Shown: positions 1 to 10,345, counted from the first letter of the stretch. The stretch is 64,000 bases of DNA from Gammaproteobacteria bacterium (GCA_965238175.1 CBDEGZ010000003.1:396357-460356), one strand, 5' to 3'. Numbers and translations: made by a program. Notes: generated by a model not told the origin, from the sequence alone.

Positions 1-204
1 CCAATCATCAATCATTGGGAGTCGTTAGCAGATGTTCCTGTTTCAACAGACGAATCTGATGCGATGAGTAAAGATCTAAAAAAGCGTGGCTTTAAATTTG
101 TTGGAACAACAATCTGTTACGCATTTATGCAAGCTGTAGGGATAGTGAATGATCATACAACAGATTGTTTTTGCTATATGCCCATAATCAATGAAACCTC
201 TTGA
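1..204 (+). CDS. tag: DNA-3-methyladenine glycosylase I, C-terminal part (5' end outside window)
   Basis: Frame-1 translation ends ...KDLKKRGFKFVGTTICYAFMQAVGIVNDHTTDCFCY*. This matches the conserved Tag C-terminus (FVGPTxxYAFMQAxGxVNDH). Confidence 0.6.
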   Translation, partial: PIINHWESLADVPVSTDESDAMSKDLKKRGFKFVGTTICYAFMQAVGIVNDHTTDCFCYMPIINETS

Positions 205-218
205 ATTAATATATACGT

Positions 219-240
219 GCCACCTGCATTTCCAGGTGGC
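219..240. terminator. Hairpin between convergent tag and cupin genes
   Basis: GCCACCTG-catttc-CAGGTGGC, an 8-bp perfect stem in a convergent intergenic region. The U-tract is weak. Confidence 0.35.
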
Positions 241-296
241 ATGGGTATAGATCAATTATGGCTTTTTATTATTTTAAAACCTGTCCTAGTTATAGG

Positions 297-647
297 CTAA
301 TAAAACACAGCCAACCAAATTGTTTCGATGTCTGGATTTGTCCAACTGACTCGATGTTTTTGATGCGCTGTGATCAAAATTGAATCACCTTCACCTAGAG
401 TAATCTTCTCATCTTGATCAAAAATTTCCAGCTCGGCTTCGCCTTTTAGCAATAAAACAAATTCATTCTGTTCTTGATCATAATAAAATTCTTTGGGTGA
501 GCATTGTCCACGAGAGACAATTCGCTCGATGCGAACAGTCTTTGAACTTGCAAGAATTTCGGACAGTTCTTTGGGCAAATCTTCTGGGATATCTTTAAAT
601 AGGTTCGTCTTTTTCACGGATAAAACTTTCCAGACTTTCTTGATCAA
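297..647 (-). CDS. Cupin-domain protein
   Basis: 116-aa ORF with a small beta-barrel-like composition and a conserved His/Glu pattern (ITAHQKHRV). It overlaps the next ORF by 53 nt, so its start is uncertain. Confidence 0.5.
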   Translation of the reverse strand: MIKKVWKVLSVKKTNLFKDIPEDLPKELSEILASSKTVRIERIVSRGQCSPKEFYYDQEQNEFVLLLKGEAELEIFDQDEKITLGEGDSILITAHQKHRVSWTNPDIETIWLAVFY

Positions 648-834
648 AAGGCCAATCTAGTTCAGTTCCGGATTGTTTTTTCACAACGGGGATCCTTATC
701 CCGTATTGTTCAACTAACGTTTCTGATCCCGATATATCGATGTGTTCAAGCTCGACATTTTCTATTAAATCAAATAATGCATTTGCTTGTTCACAAAGAT
801 GACAGTCTTGCGTCCCGTAGAGAGCTAGCTTCAT
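595..834 (-). CDS. Glutaredoxin-like thioredoxin-fold protein
   Basis: 79 aa with a CHLC (CxxC) motif near the N-terminus (MKLALYGTQDCHLCEQ). It is stop/start-coupled to the upstream PQQ dehydrogenase gene. Confidence 0.55.
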   Translation of the reverse strand: MKLALYGTQDCHLCEQANALFDLIENVELEHIDISGSETLVEQYGIRIPVVKKQSGTELDWPFDQESLESFIREKDEPI

Positions 835-2570
835 TATTCGATGTTTGTAGTTTCAGTTTTTTGATCCATCACCTTTTCATCTTGTGAATTTTTCTCTGTC
901 ATCTTTTGCTTTTCGATTGTTTCCGCTTCTTCTGGTGTTATAACGTCTGGAAAGGCAAAAAAGTGCAGGCCTTTAGTTGAAGTAAACAGTACGAATTGCT
1001 TGTCTTTAAACATGAACGTCACCGGCGCACCATCAATGTTAACTTGGGTTTCGTGCGACCAAAGTTCTTCACCCGTTTTTGCATTAAGCGCATGGACAAC
1101 ACCGGTTGGCTCTGGATAAAAAAGCACATTGCCTGCGGTGGTTAATACTCCTCCTGTCCAAATCCAAGATTTTTCTTTTTTCTCCCAAACGATTTTTCCC
1201 GTTTCTGGCGAAATCGCAGAGACAATTCCATAGCCATTTTCATCTTCTTTTTCGATAACTTCACCACCAAGCCACTCAACACCACCTTCTCGATCGGCAG
1301 GGTTTAAGGTGAAATCCATCGGCAAATGTAGTGCAAGTAGATAAAAAAGATCGGTCTTAGGCGACCATGAAGGTGCTGCCCAATTTGCACCACCACGCGC
1401 TCCAGGAGCTATGTTTATACCTTCAGTCGTAGGACTAGCGAACAGATTTTTTTGTGGAACAAAGTTTTCTGATCGGGTTATAACTTTCCCGGTTTTTCGA
1501 TCTAGGGTGTATAACCAGCCTGACTTCGATGCATGACTCACAGCGGCCAATTTTTGATCACCGACTTTCACATCATGTAATATCAGTGGGCTGGCAACGT
1601 CATAATCCCAACGATCATGTGGTGTGACTTGATAGTACCATTTCAAGTCACCGGTATTGATATCCAGTGCGACAATGGAATTTGTATATAAATTATCACC
1701 CGGACGAACACTGTCATCTAAGTTAGGTGAAGGATTACCGACACCGACATATAAAAGTTTTAATTCGGCATCATAGGCTGGTGTCGTCCAAACAGAGCCT
1801 CCACCGGTTTTCCAAGCATCTGGGTATTGATCTTTATTAGCTTTTTCTTTTTCGATATCTCGATGAAGATCATCACCTCGCTCAGTTTTTTCTACCCAAT
1901 TTCCAAACCAGCCACCGTCTTCAGGAGAGGGGACAGTCCAAAATCGCCAACATTTCTCACCCGTGTCAATATCATAAGCATCTACAAAACCACGAATTCC
2001 ATACTCACCACCAGCACTACCAACAATGACTTTATTACCAACAACTTGTGGTGCCATTGTATAAGAATAGCCATCTTCTGAATCGATATCAGATGCCTGT
2101 GTTGTCCAAAGTTCTTTACCAGTTTGACTATCCAAAGCAATGATAGTGGCATTTAATGCTGATAGAAAAACTTTATCACCTTGAACTGCAAGCCCGCGAT
2201 TAAGTGTTCCACAACATAATGCTGTTTTTTGCCAATCTATTTCGTACTCATAGCTCCAAAGCGTTTTACCTGTATTCATATCAAGCGCAACAGCCTGATT
2301 ATTTGGCACCGTAAAATAGATAACACCATCGAGCACTACGGGCGTTGTTTGTTGTCGAGCCCCTTTTGTACTGGCAGGGAAAAAACCAACGGCTTTTAGA
2401 TCCGCAACATTTTCTGTCGTGATCTGATCAAGCATTGAGTGTCTTTGGTTAGTATGGTCATATCCTGACATTGGCCAATCATTTTTGCTGGGCTCAGCTG
2501 CTGTAACAATGACACTAGACAGAATTATACTTGCAAGAAAACTAGATTGTATGAGTGCTTGTTTAATCAT
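834..2570 (-). CDS. xoxF: PQQ-dependent methanol/ethanol dehydrogenase family, XoxF/PedH-like (lanthanide-type)
   Basis: 578 aa with an N-terminal signal peptide. It has the adjacent Cys-Cys pair (ALCCGT) typical of quinoprotein alcohol dehydrogenases and the WDYD motif (HDRWDYDVASP). The extra Asp is characteristic of lanthanide-dependent XoxF/PedH rather than MxaF (WDYA). Confidence 0.8.
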   Translation of the reverse strand: MIKQALIQSSFLASIILSSVIVTAAEPSKNDWPMSGYDHTNQRHSMLDQITTENVADLKAVGFFPASTKGARQQTTPVVLDGVIYFTVPNNQAVALDMNTGKTLWSYEYEIDWQKTALCCGTLNRGLAVQGDKVFLSALNATIIALDSQTGKELWTTQASDIDSEDGYSYTMAPQVVGNKVIVGSAGGEYGIRGFVDAYDIDTGEKCWRFWTVPSPEDGGWFGNWVEKTERGDDLHRDIEKEKANKDQYPDAWKTGGGSVWTTPAYDAELKLLYVGVGNPSPNLDDSVRPGDNLYTNSIVALDINTGDLKWYYQVTPHDRWDYDVASPLILHDVKVGDQKLAAVSHASKSGWLYTLDRKTGKVITRSENFVPQKNLFASPTTEGINIAPGARGGANWAAPSWSPKTDLFYLLALHLPMDFTLNPADREGGVEWLGGEVIEKEDENGYGIVSAISPETGKIVWEKKEKSWIWTGGVLTTAGNVLFYPEPTGVVHALNAKTGEELWSHETQVNIDGAPVTFMFKDKQFVLFTSTKGLHFFAFPDVITPEEAETIEKQKMTEKNSQDEKVMDQKTETTNIE

Positions 2571-2636
2571 TACTTACCTTGAGATTGCTGGTTTATGGGA
2601 TAATGCTTCGTTAAAACTATCAGCAGATTATTATAC

Positions 2637-3647
2637 GTGAAAACCGCCCCCAAAAATTGTCTTATAGTCGGCCCTTCCTGGGTTGGCGATATGGTTATGG
2701 CTCAGAGCCTATTTATGATCTTAAAAAAACATAACCCAAACTTAAACATTGATGTCCTCGCACCAAATTGGAGCGAACCTCTTTTAGATAGAATGCCTGA
2801 GGTGCGTGATTCAATTACGATGCCGGTTGGGCACGGAAAATTACAATTGGGCCTTCGCTATAAGATCGGAAAACAGCTACAAAATAATAACTATGACTGG
2901 GCAATCCTTTTACCCAATTCATTAAAATCTGCACTGATCCCATTTTGGGCAAACATACCAAAACGAACGGGGTTTAAAGGCGAAATGCGTTACGGGTTGC
3001 TGAATGATCTTCGTCATCTCGATAAAGCCAAATTGACGATGACCGTGCAACGATTTGTTTCTCTAGCCTTTTCTGATCAAACACACGTTCCTGAAGAATA
3101 TCCACGTCCAAGTTTAAAACTCGATCAAAAAATCGTTAAAGATTCCTTAGAAAAATTTGATCTTAAAACAGAAAAACCTGTTCTCGCTTTATGCCCCGGT
3201 GCGGAATACGGTCCAGCCAAACGCTGGCCCATTGAATACTTTGCAGAAGTTGCTCAAATCAAGTATCAGGAAGGGTGGCAAGTTTGGATATTTGGATCAG
3301 AAAAAGATCAAAAAGTCTCAGAATCGATCTCTGATCAATCGGGAGTGGTATGTATAAACCTTGCTGGCAAAACTACACTTGCGGAAGCGATAGATCTTCT
3401 CTCACAAGCAAGCTATGTTATTACAAATGACTCAGGTCTAATGCATGTTGCCGCGGCACTTGATCGACCGTTGACTGTACTTTATGGCTCTTCCGATCCA
3501 AACTTTACACCGCCTCTGAACGAACAAGCAAAGATAATTTCATTGGGACTCGAATGTAGTCCATGCTTTCAACGAGAATGTCCATTCGAACATTTAAACT
3601 GTTTGCGGGAAATAAGGCCTGAAAAAGTAATTTCTTCGTTCAAATAA
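2637..3647 (+). CDS. waaF: ADP-heptose--LPS heptosyltransferase II
   Basis: The N-terminus CLIVGPSWVGDMVMAQSLF...DVLAPNWSEPLLDRMPEV is near-identical in pattern to enterobacterial and Pseudomonas WaaF. It is a GT9-family protein. Confidence 0.85.
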   Translation: MKTAPKNCLIVGPSWVGDMVMAQSLFMILKKHNPNLNIDVLAPNWSEPLLDRMPEVRDSITMPVGHGKLQLGLRYKIGKQLQNNNYDWAILLPNSLKSALIPFWANIPKRTGFKGEMRYGLLNDLRHLDKAKLTMTVQRFVSLAFSDQTHVPEEYPRPSLKLDQKIVKDSLEKFDLKTEKPVLALCPGAEYGPAKRWPIEYFAEVAQIKYQEGWQVWIFGSEKDQKVSESISDQSGVVCINLAGKTTLAEAIDLLSQASYVITNDSGLMHVAAALDRPLTVLYGSSDPNFTPPLNEQAKIISLGLECSPCFQRECPFEHLNCLREIRPEKVISSFK

Positions 3648-3813
3648 TCGGATCATAAAAACACTAAGTTTCAGGTAGGTAACCTTCATTTCTAGCTTTA
3701 TTTCCCTTTGGTTGAGACATTTCTTATTAACAGAGATTATTTTACAACATTTTGATAATCTAGATGTTATTTATTAATTCTTCAAATTTCATTAAAAATA
3801 CAATATCTCAGCC

Positions 3814-4806
3814 ATGCGAATATTGATCGTTAAAACTTCCTCTTTAGGTGATGTGGTGCATATGCTGCCAGCAATCACCGATGCTGATCGAGTATTTCCA
3901 GATCTCGTTGTAGATTGGATCGTTGAAAAATCTTTTCAAAGTGTTCCAGAATGGAATTCAGCTATTAATAAAATCATTCCCGTGACAATTCGGCGCTGGC
4001 GTAAAAAAGTGTTTTCTTATAGTACTCAATCAGAAATCACCTCGGTAAAGAAAAACATTCAATCGATGAAATATGATGCAGTCATCGATGCTCAGGGACT
4101 GATCAAAAGTTCAATAATCACTCGTTTATGTCGGGGTAGGCGATACGGATATAACTTTCGTAGCGCACGCGAACCTCTCGCTAGTTTGGCTTACGATGAA
4201 CGTTTTTTAGTTTCGAAAGAACTACATGCAATTGAAAGAAACCGACAACTTACTGCACTTTCACTTGGTTATTCATACCATGACTTACCTTTAAGTTATG
4301 GCTTAGAAAATATGATCAGCGAAATTTTTTCCCAATCAAAACATAGCGAGGAGCTTTTCCCAGATAGATATGTTGTTGGCCTGCACGGCACAAGCCGTCC
4401 AGATAAAGAATGGCCAGAAGAAAATTGGGTCCAGCTTTCACAAAAATTAGCTGATCAAAAAATCACTTTACTATTACCCTGGGGTAATCATCGCGAATAT
4501 GAACGTGCAGAAAGGATTGCTGAGAAAGGCAACACCGTCGTTCTACCAAAACTTGATCTAGATAGTCTTGCTGAAATTATTTGCAGATCAAAAGCAGTCG
4601 TTGGAATGGATACTGGATTGATGCATATTGCAGCCGCTCTAGGGAAACCAGGTGTGGCTATTTATCCTGCGACGAAGCCTGAATTAACCGGTGTAATTTC
4701 GGGAGCTGTTCATCAGCCTATTATTAATCTTGAAGGCTTAGTGTCGGCAGACATGGTTATGGAACGTTTAAAATTTTCTAATTGGGCAACAAATAGAAAG
4801 TTATAA
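3814..4806 (+). CDS. waaC: ADP-heptose--LPS heptosyltransferase I
   Basis: MRILIVKTSSLGDVVHMLPAITDA...DWIVEKSFQSVPEWNSAINKIIPVTIRRWRK matches the WaaC N-terminal consensus. Gene order waaF-waaC matches Pseudomonas. Confidence 0.85.
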   Translation: MRILIVKTSSLGDVVHMLPAITDADRVFPDLVVDWIVEKSFQSVPEWNSAINKIIPVTIRRWRKKVFSYSTQSEITSVKKNIQSMKYDAVIDAQGLIKSSIITRLCRGRRYGYNFRSAREPLASLAYDERFLVSKELHAIERNRQLTALSLGYSYHDLPLSYGLENMISEIFSQSKHSEELFPDRYVVGLHGTSRPDKEWPEENWVQLSQKLADQKITLLLPWGNHREYERAERIAEKGNTVVLPKLDLDSLAEIICRSKAVVGMDTGLMHIAAALGKPGVAIYPATKPELTGVISGAVHQPIINLEGLVSADMVMERLKFSNWATNRKL

Positions 4807-5068
4807 ATACACTCGCTATTTTCATGTCCTTTTAAATAACTTGAACTAAAAGTAAGATGCTAATAACACGGCTATGAAGCTATAAATTCCTGTTCAAACT
4901 TCCAGTATTACTGGCCTATAAACCACCACTAAAATACGTTGTTCCGTTAAAGGTCCCAGACCGCGCTACATGGACCATCAAAACCACCATACCAAATCAT
5001 CATGTACCCGAGTGGCTGACCGACGAACCCTACAAGAAATGCTAATAACTTTTTCGCACGCTGCATAT

Positions 5069-5284
5069 CTATAGGTCTAAAACATACTCCGTCCCACAAT
5101 ACGGGCACTTCGCTTTACCCGTTTCTTCAATAGGTAAAAACACGCGAGGATGCGAGTTCCATAAAGAAGACTCGGGCATCGGACAATGAAGCGGCAAATC
5201 AGATCTAGCCACTTCTGTTGGCTCATTTTCCAGGGTTTTATTTTGATCTTCAGCAGAATTAGTCATTAGATATATGAAAGCCAT
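5069..5284 (-). CDS. Small zinc-finger protein (CPYCG motif)
   Basis: 71 aa with C-x25-CPYCGTEY, possibly a Zn ribbon. It lies immediately downstream of ilvE on the same strand. The start may be Met7. Confidence 0.45.
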   Translation of the reverse strand: MAFIYLMTNSAEDQNKTLENEPTEVARSDLPLHCPMPESSLWNSHPRVFLPIEETGKAKCPYCGTEYVLDL

Positions 5285-6207
5285 TGTGGATATTCTGATC
5301 GTCGGCCATGGACTTGATCAAAATACATAGTTTGCAGTTTTTCGGTAATCAGGCCACGCGAACCCTCTCCAATCACTCGGCCATCCAATTCCTGGATAGG
5401 CGTAACCTCAGCAGCCGTTCCACAGAAAAAAGCTTCTTCCGCCACATAGACCTCGTCACGCGTGATTCTTTTTTCTTTTACTTCAACACCAATATCCATG
5501 GCAAAGGTCATCAGCGTATCTCGAGTAATACCTTCCAGTGCTGACGTCAGATCTGGCGTATAAATGACACCGTTTCTAACGATAAAAATATTCTCACCAC
5601 TACCTTCGGCAACGTATCCTTCATTATCCAGCAACAGTGCTTCGTCATAACCGCACTCTAATGCTTCTTGTAAGGCCAACATTGAATTCATGTAATTGCC
5701 GTTCGCCTTCGCCTTACACATTGTGATATTAACATGATGCCGCGTGTATGAAGAAGTCCGTACACGGATGCCTTTTTCCAACGCTTCTTGTCCCATATAA
5801 GCACCCCATTCCCATGCCGCAACCATCACATGAGTACTGAGATTATCCGCACGCAAACCCATACCTTCCGAGCCATAAAAACACATAGGACGGAGATAGG
5901 CGGAATCAAGATTGTTTTCTTTCACAACTGAAAGACAAGCATTGTTTATTGTTTCTTTGTCGTAAGGCATATCCATTCTTAAAATATGCGCGGATCGAAA
6001 TAATCGATCGGTATGTTCTTGCAGGCGAAAAATCGCCGTGCCCTTTTCCGCATGGTATGCACGCACACCTTCAAAAACACCTAAGCCATAATGTAAAGTA
6101 TGTGTAAGTACGTGGGTTGTTGCTTCACGCCAGGGAACCATCTCACCGTCTAACCAAATCACGCCATCTCGATCTGACATTGTCATTGCTTTTTGTTTAT
6201 TACTCAT
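5266..6207 (-). CDS. ilvE: Branched-chain amino acid aminotransferase
   Basis: 313 aa with a class IV aminotransferase pattern (GLGVFEGVRAY...EAFFCGTAAEVTPI). Confidence 0.9.
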   Translation of the reverse strand: MSNKQKAMTMSDRDGVIWLDGEMVPWREATTHVLTHTLHYGLGVFEGVRAYHAEKGTAIFRLQEHTDRLFRSAHILRMDMPYDKETINNACLSVVKENNLDSAYLRPMCFYGSEGMGLRADNLSTHVMVAAWEWGAYMGQEALEKGIRVRTSSYTRHHVNITMCKAKANGNYMNSMLALQEALECGYDEALLLDNEGYVAEGSGENIFIVRNGVIYTPDLTSALEGITRDTLMTFAMDIGVEVKEKRITRDEVYVAEEAFFCGTAAEVTPIQELDGRVIGEGSRGLITEKLQTMYFDQVHGRRSEYPQWLSYI

Positions 6208-6210
6208 CTA

Positions 6211-9093
6211 TCAATCTTCTTCTATTAGTTTGTTCCAAATTTTTGTTACGCCTTCTCGATATGCTTTATATTCAGTTTCAGAGACAAGCGCCGGTTTTTC
6301 TTGCAGGGCTAGTTGATGACTGTCTGCGCGATAACTAAAATAAGCGTCGCGCAATAATTCCGTTTCTTCAGTTTTTAGTAATTTCAAATCAGACAGAGTC
6401 TCAAGCAATCTTAAATTGTCTGTGTAAGTTTTTAATTCCTTATGATCCGTCGCCCAACACAACACACTATATTGTACTATAAATTCAATATCGGCCATCC
6501 CTCCGATACCCTGTTTTAAATCAAACATCCCTTTAACCTTTTTTGCCAGATTTTCGCGCATCTTTTCGCGCATCTCTCGAACGTCTTTTTTCAGTTCTTT
6601 TTGATTCCTTTTTCGCGATAAAATCGAACTGCGCACATTATTAAATGCATCCCGGATCACATGACCACCTGAAATTGATCTGGCGCGAACTAATGCCTGA
6701 TGTTCCCAAGTCCATGCTTTCTCTTGTTGATATTCTGCAAAGGCCTCCATACTCGTTACTAAAAATCCAGACATTCCACTGGGTCGCAGACGCGTATCAA
6801 TTTCATAGGTTCTTCCTGCCTGCGTTACTGCAGTCAAAATATGGATCAATCGTTGGCCTAGCCGATTGAAAAAGACATTATTATCGACCTGTTTTTTACC
6901 ATCAGTAAATTGAGCTTCTCCATGACTATCATGAACAAAAACAACATCAAGATCAGATCCATATCCCAATTCAAGCCCTCCTAATTTCCCATAGGCAATG
7001 ATCGCGAAATTCGCCGAAACATTTTTTCCCTTGCTTGTAAAACAAGGCTTACCATAACGTGCGACCATTTCTCCCCAGGCAAGATCTGCTGCAGCAGAAA
7101 GTACTACCTCAGCAATACAAGATAAGTAATTACTTACTTCAGCTAAGGGTGATTTTCCTGTTATATCAGCAGCAGCAATACGCAGTACTTGTGAATGTCT
7201 GAAATGTCTCAAAATATCCATTTGTCTTTCTAAATCATCTTGATGCACATTGAACAATTGATCATTGATAAATGTTACAAGTTCAATTTGTTCAGGTGAT
7301 GAGTATAAGCTTTCACGGTCAATTAACTCATCCAATAAAATAGGTTGATTGGAAATGTAATCTGCAATCCAGGGGCTTACCGCACATAGTTTTATCAATC
7401 TCCCTAACGCATCGGGATGCTCCTTTAGTAAAGATAAATAAACACTACGTTTAACCACCGAGTCAATTAAGTTGAGTACTCGTTGTAGCGCGACAGTTTG
7501 ATCATTATTTGCGACATTAGAGATCCCTTCCAAAACGAGTGGCATAAGCCGATCGAGGCGTTCTCGTGCATCATTGCTTAATTGTGCAAGAGCGTATACT
7601 TCCCGTGTTTGATCAATCATCTGCAGAATTTCTAACGGCTGATCAAAACCCAATTTTACCAATGCTTGTTCTGCATCTTCCTGATCAATTTCATTCATCC
7701 AAACGGCGGTTAAATCTGTTGATACTTTATCTTTTTCTTCGTCTTCACCGGTTTTGAGCAATGAAGCGAATCGAGTTGAAACACGACCACGATGTTTATC
7801 AAGCTCTAGTAAAAACCCCTCCCAATTCTCAAAACCCATTCCAAAAGCAACTCTTGCTCGATCAAGTTCTGATGTAGGCAATGCTTGTGTTTGTTGATCC
7901 GCAATTTCTTGAATGCGATGTTCAGTATTACGTAAAAAGACATAGGCTTCTCGCAGATCTTTTTGTTCTTTTTTATTTAAAATTTCCAGATTTTCTAATA
8001 CCGACAGAACTTCAAGAATTTTTCTGGCTTGTAACTCAGGTTCACGTCCCCCTCGTAGCAACTGAAAAGTTTGTCCGATAAATTCCACCTCCCGGATCCC
8101 TCCTGGGCCTAGCTTCACATCGCTTGTCATCCCTTTACGTAATACTTCACGATCGATCATTTCTTTCATTTTACGAATTGCATCATAAGCACCGTAATCT
8201 AGATAACGTCGAAACACGAAAGGTTGTAGCATCTTCATCAATCCAGCACCGGCGCCTTTATCGCCGGCAGCAATGTTGGCTTTGATCATCGCGTAGCGCT
8301 CCCAGTCACGTGCATGGGAGACATAATATTCTTCCATCGCGTCAAAATTTAAAGCCAACGCACCACTTTCCCCAAATGGCCGGAGGCGCATATCCATGCG
8401 AAAAACAAAACCATCTTCGGTCATCTCATTAAAGACCTTGATCAATTGTTTGCCGAGACGAATAAAAAATTCCTGATTGTCTAAGGATTTTTTCAAGCCC
8501 ATTTTTTGAGCATTTGTTTCACCGGCTTCTGGGAAAGCAAAAATTAGATCAATATCAGATGAAAAATTAAGCTCATGCGCGCCCAATTTTCCCATCGAGA
8601 CAATGACCATTTTTTGTAACTCGCCATCTTCGTTTGCTGGTTGTCCAAAACGTTCGGCTAACCATTGATGCAATAAGGATAATGTTTGATCGAGCATTTC
8701 TTCAGCCAATAAAGACAAATCACTGGTTGTTTCTTCGAGATCTACAAACCCCGCAATATCGCGCCATGCTATGCGCACCATCTCGCGATTACGGAATTGA
8801 CGCATCACACACATCAGATCCTCTTCTTCTTCAATGCCGTTTATTTTTTTTTTAAACAGTTTTGTGTAATCTTTGCGTGTACGTTTTTTTTCCAGATCAG
8901 AGTTGATAATAAGTTGCTTAAATTCTTGTGGATAGCGCAGACAATAATTTGCCACAAATTGACTGCATGACAGAACTTTTTTTGCTACAGGATTATTGAT
9001 CAAGTCTGCCAGATCAGAGTCTAGCTCAGATAATAAACATTTGATCTGTTGGTCTAGTATTACAGGAAGTGTCTCAGAGGATTTTTTAGCCAT
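6211..9093 (-). CDS. glnE: Bifunctional glutamine synthetase adenylyltransferase/adenylyl-removing enzyme
   Basis: 960 aa with two nucleotidyltransferase domains carrying the GxGxxxRxE...DLD motif (GKLGAHELNFSSDIDLIF; GKLGGLELGYGSDLDVVF). Confidence 0.9.
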   Translation of the reverse strand: MAKKSSETLPVILDQQIKCLLSELDSDLADLINNPVAKKVLSCSQFVANYCLRYPQEFKQLIINSDLEKKRTRKDYTKLFKKKINGIEEEEDLMCVMRQFRNREMVRIAWRDIAGFVDLEETTSDLSLLAEEMLDQTLSLLHQWLAERFGQPANEDGELQKMVIVSMGKLGAHELNFSSDIDLIFAFPEAGETNAQKMGLKKSLDNQEFFIRLGKQLIKVFNEMTEDGFVFRMDMRLRPFGESGALALNFDAMEEYYVSHARDWERYAMIKANIAAGDKGAGAGLMKMLQPFVFRRYLDYGAYDAIRKMKEMIDREVLRKGMTSDVKLGPGGIREVEFIGQTFQLLRGGREPELQARKILEVLSVLENLEILNKKEQKDLREAYVFLRNTEHRIQEIADQQTQALPTSELDRARVAFGMGFENWEGFLLELDKHRGRVSTRFASLLKTGEDEEKDKVSTDLTAVWMNEIDQEDAEQALVKLGFDQPLEILQMIDQTREVYALAQLSNDARERLDRLMPLVLEGISNVANNDQTVALQRVLNLIDSVVKRSVYLSLLKEHPDALGRLIKLCAVSPWIADYISNQPILLDELIDRESLYSSPEQIELVTFINDQLFNVHQDDLERQMDILRHFRHSQVLRIAAADITGKSPLAEVSNYLSCIAEVVLSAAADLAWGEMVARYGKPCFTSKGKNVSANFAIIAYGKLGGLELGYGSDLDVVFVHDSHGEAQFTDGKKQVDNNVFFNRLGQRLIHILTAVTQAGRTYEIDTRLRPSGMSGFLVTSMEAFAEYQQEKAWTWEHQALVRARSISGGHVIRDAFNNVRSSILSRKRNQKELKKDVREMREKMRENLAKKVKGMFDLKQGIGGMADIEFIVQYSVLCWATDHKELKTYTDNLRLLETLSDLKLLKTEETELLRDAYFSYRADSHQLALQEKPALVSETEYKAYREGVTKIWNKLIEED

Positions 9094-9160
9094 CCCTCAT
9101 TCTAAACCGTCGAAGAATAAAGGCAAAAGTTCAAGCTACAGGAAAACACTTTACTTATTG

Positions 9161-9982
9161 TTATCTCGGGTTATAAAAACCAAAACAAGCTCGGAAGAGC
9201 ACGACTAATAGTGAAAAATTATCCCGCATGCCGTTTATTTTGGTCGGAATTTCTCCCTGAGGATATTGCCTGTTTGTAGGTAGCTCTATGCATAAAAACC
9301 CAAGCTTTGGTGCTCTATATGACAAGTAAGCCAATAGTTCGTAGGTCATAAAAATATCTCGGAAGGGCGCTATTCTTTCATCAAGTAATAATTTACGACT
9401 GTATGCACGAAAACCTTGTGTGGTATCTGTCCAGCGAAATCTGGAAAATAAACTCAACATTGGTGCATGGATATAGCGAATAGCGAAATCACGTGATTTA
9501 GGCGTATTCTTTTGCGCTCCTCCTTCGATATAACGAGATGCTTGTATGAAATCAACTCCCTTTTTTAAAGTGTTAATAAAATCAGAAATAGGATCAGGAT
9601 CATCTTTATCATTTCCATCAATGGTTATGATCCCTTCATATCCTTGCTCTAGTGCAAATGCATAGCCACAACGAAGTTGGGCGCTCAACTTACCTGGCCC
9701 TGTTTTTTGCAATAAACCTTTGACGCCTTTACTTGTAAGCAGAGTAGGTTCCAGCGAACCATCGGTAGACCCCCCATCGATGATGATGATATCTGCAAAC
9801 TGTTCTATTTTTAACACCGACATCTTATCAATAAGAGAAATAATCCTATTACCTTCGTTAATAACTGGGATAACGACACAATAGTCCTGTTTGCGCTGCT
9901 CCCAAAAAAGCACTTCGTATGCCGGAACTTTCCAATTCGTGTGATCTTTAGATATTGATCCTTTATTTGTCGTCAAGTTCAT
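9161..9982 (-). CDS. Family-2 glycosyltransferase (DPM1/GtrB-like, soluble type)
   Basis: 273 aa with VVIPVINEG...IIIDGGSTDGS (DxD-type GT-A motifs). It is the last gene of the operon. Confidence 0.7.
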   Translation of the reverse strand: MNLTTNKGSISKDHTNWKVPAYEVLFWEQRKQDYCVVIPVINEGNRIISLIDKMSVLKIEQFADIIIIDGGSTDGSLEPTLLTSKGVKGLLQKTGPGKLSAQLRCGYAFALEQGYEGIITIDGNDKDDPDPISDFINTLKKGVDFIQASRYIEGGAQKNTPKSRDFAIRYIHAPMLSLFSRFRWTDTTQGFRAYSRKLLLDERIAPFRDIFMTYELLAYLSYRAPKLGFLCIELPTNRQYPQGEIPTKINGMRDNFSLLVVLFRACFGFYNPR

Positions 9983-9988
9983 CTGAAA

Positions 9989-10345
9989 TCACCCCACATG
10001 CGATGCTATCAAAGTAACACCGAGGATCACCAGAATAATCCCTAACGCGATAGTCCAGTGAAAGGGCTCACGTAATACCAACGCTGAAAACAGTGCGATC
10101 ACGGTTATCGTTCCGGAGGTTAATAGTGGGTGTGCTACGTTCAAAGGAAAACGAGATAGTGATGCGGCATATAACAAGAATGCACCTCCGTAGAGAACTA
10201 ACCCTAGCCAGAAAGGCCAGTTTCGAAGTGCGGCCATAGGATCAGCTAAGGAAGGAAAAGTATGGGGTGGCATCATCGCGTACTTAACCATAATACTGGC
10301 CGAAGCATTTGCAGCAATACCTAAAATAAGAATGATCCACTTCAC
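9989..10345 (-). CDS. SMR/EamA-like 4-TM small membrane protein (ArnE/ArnF- or GtrA-like flippase subunit)
   Basis: 118 aa with four predicted TM helices. The N-terminus MKWIILILGIAANASASIMVKYAM resembles ArnE/ArnF. Confidence 0.55.
   Translation of the reverse strand: MKWIILILGIAANASASIMVKYAMMPPHTFPSLADPMAALRNWPFWLGLVLYGGAFLLYAASLSRFPLNVAHPLLTSGTITVIALFSALVLREPFHWTIALGIILVILGVTLIASHVG

Noticed and set aside
5308-5544. 78-aa plus-strand ORF overlapping ilvE
   Set aside because: It is antisense to a well-conserved ilvE region and so is a shadow ORF.
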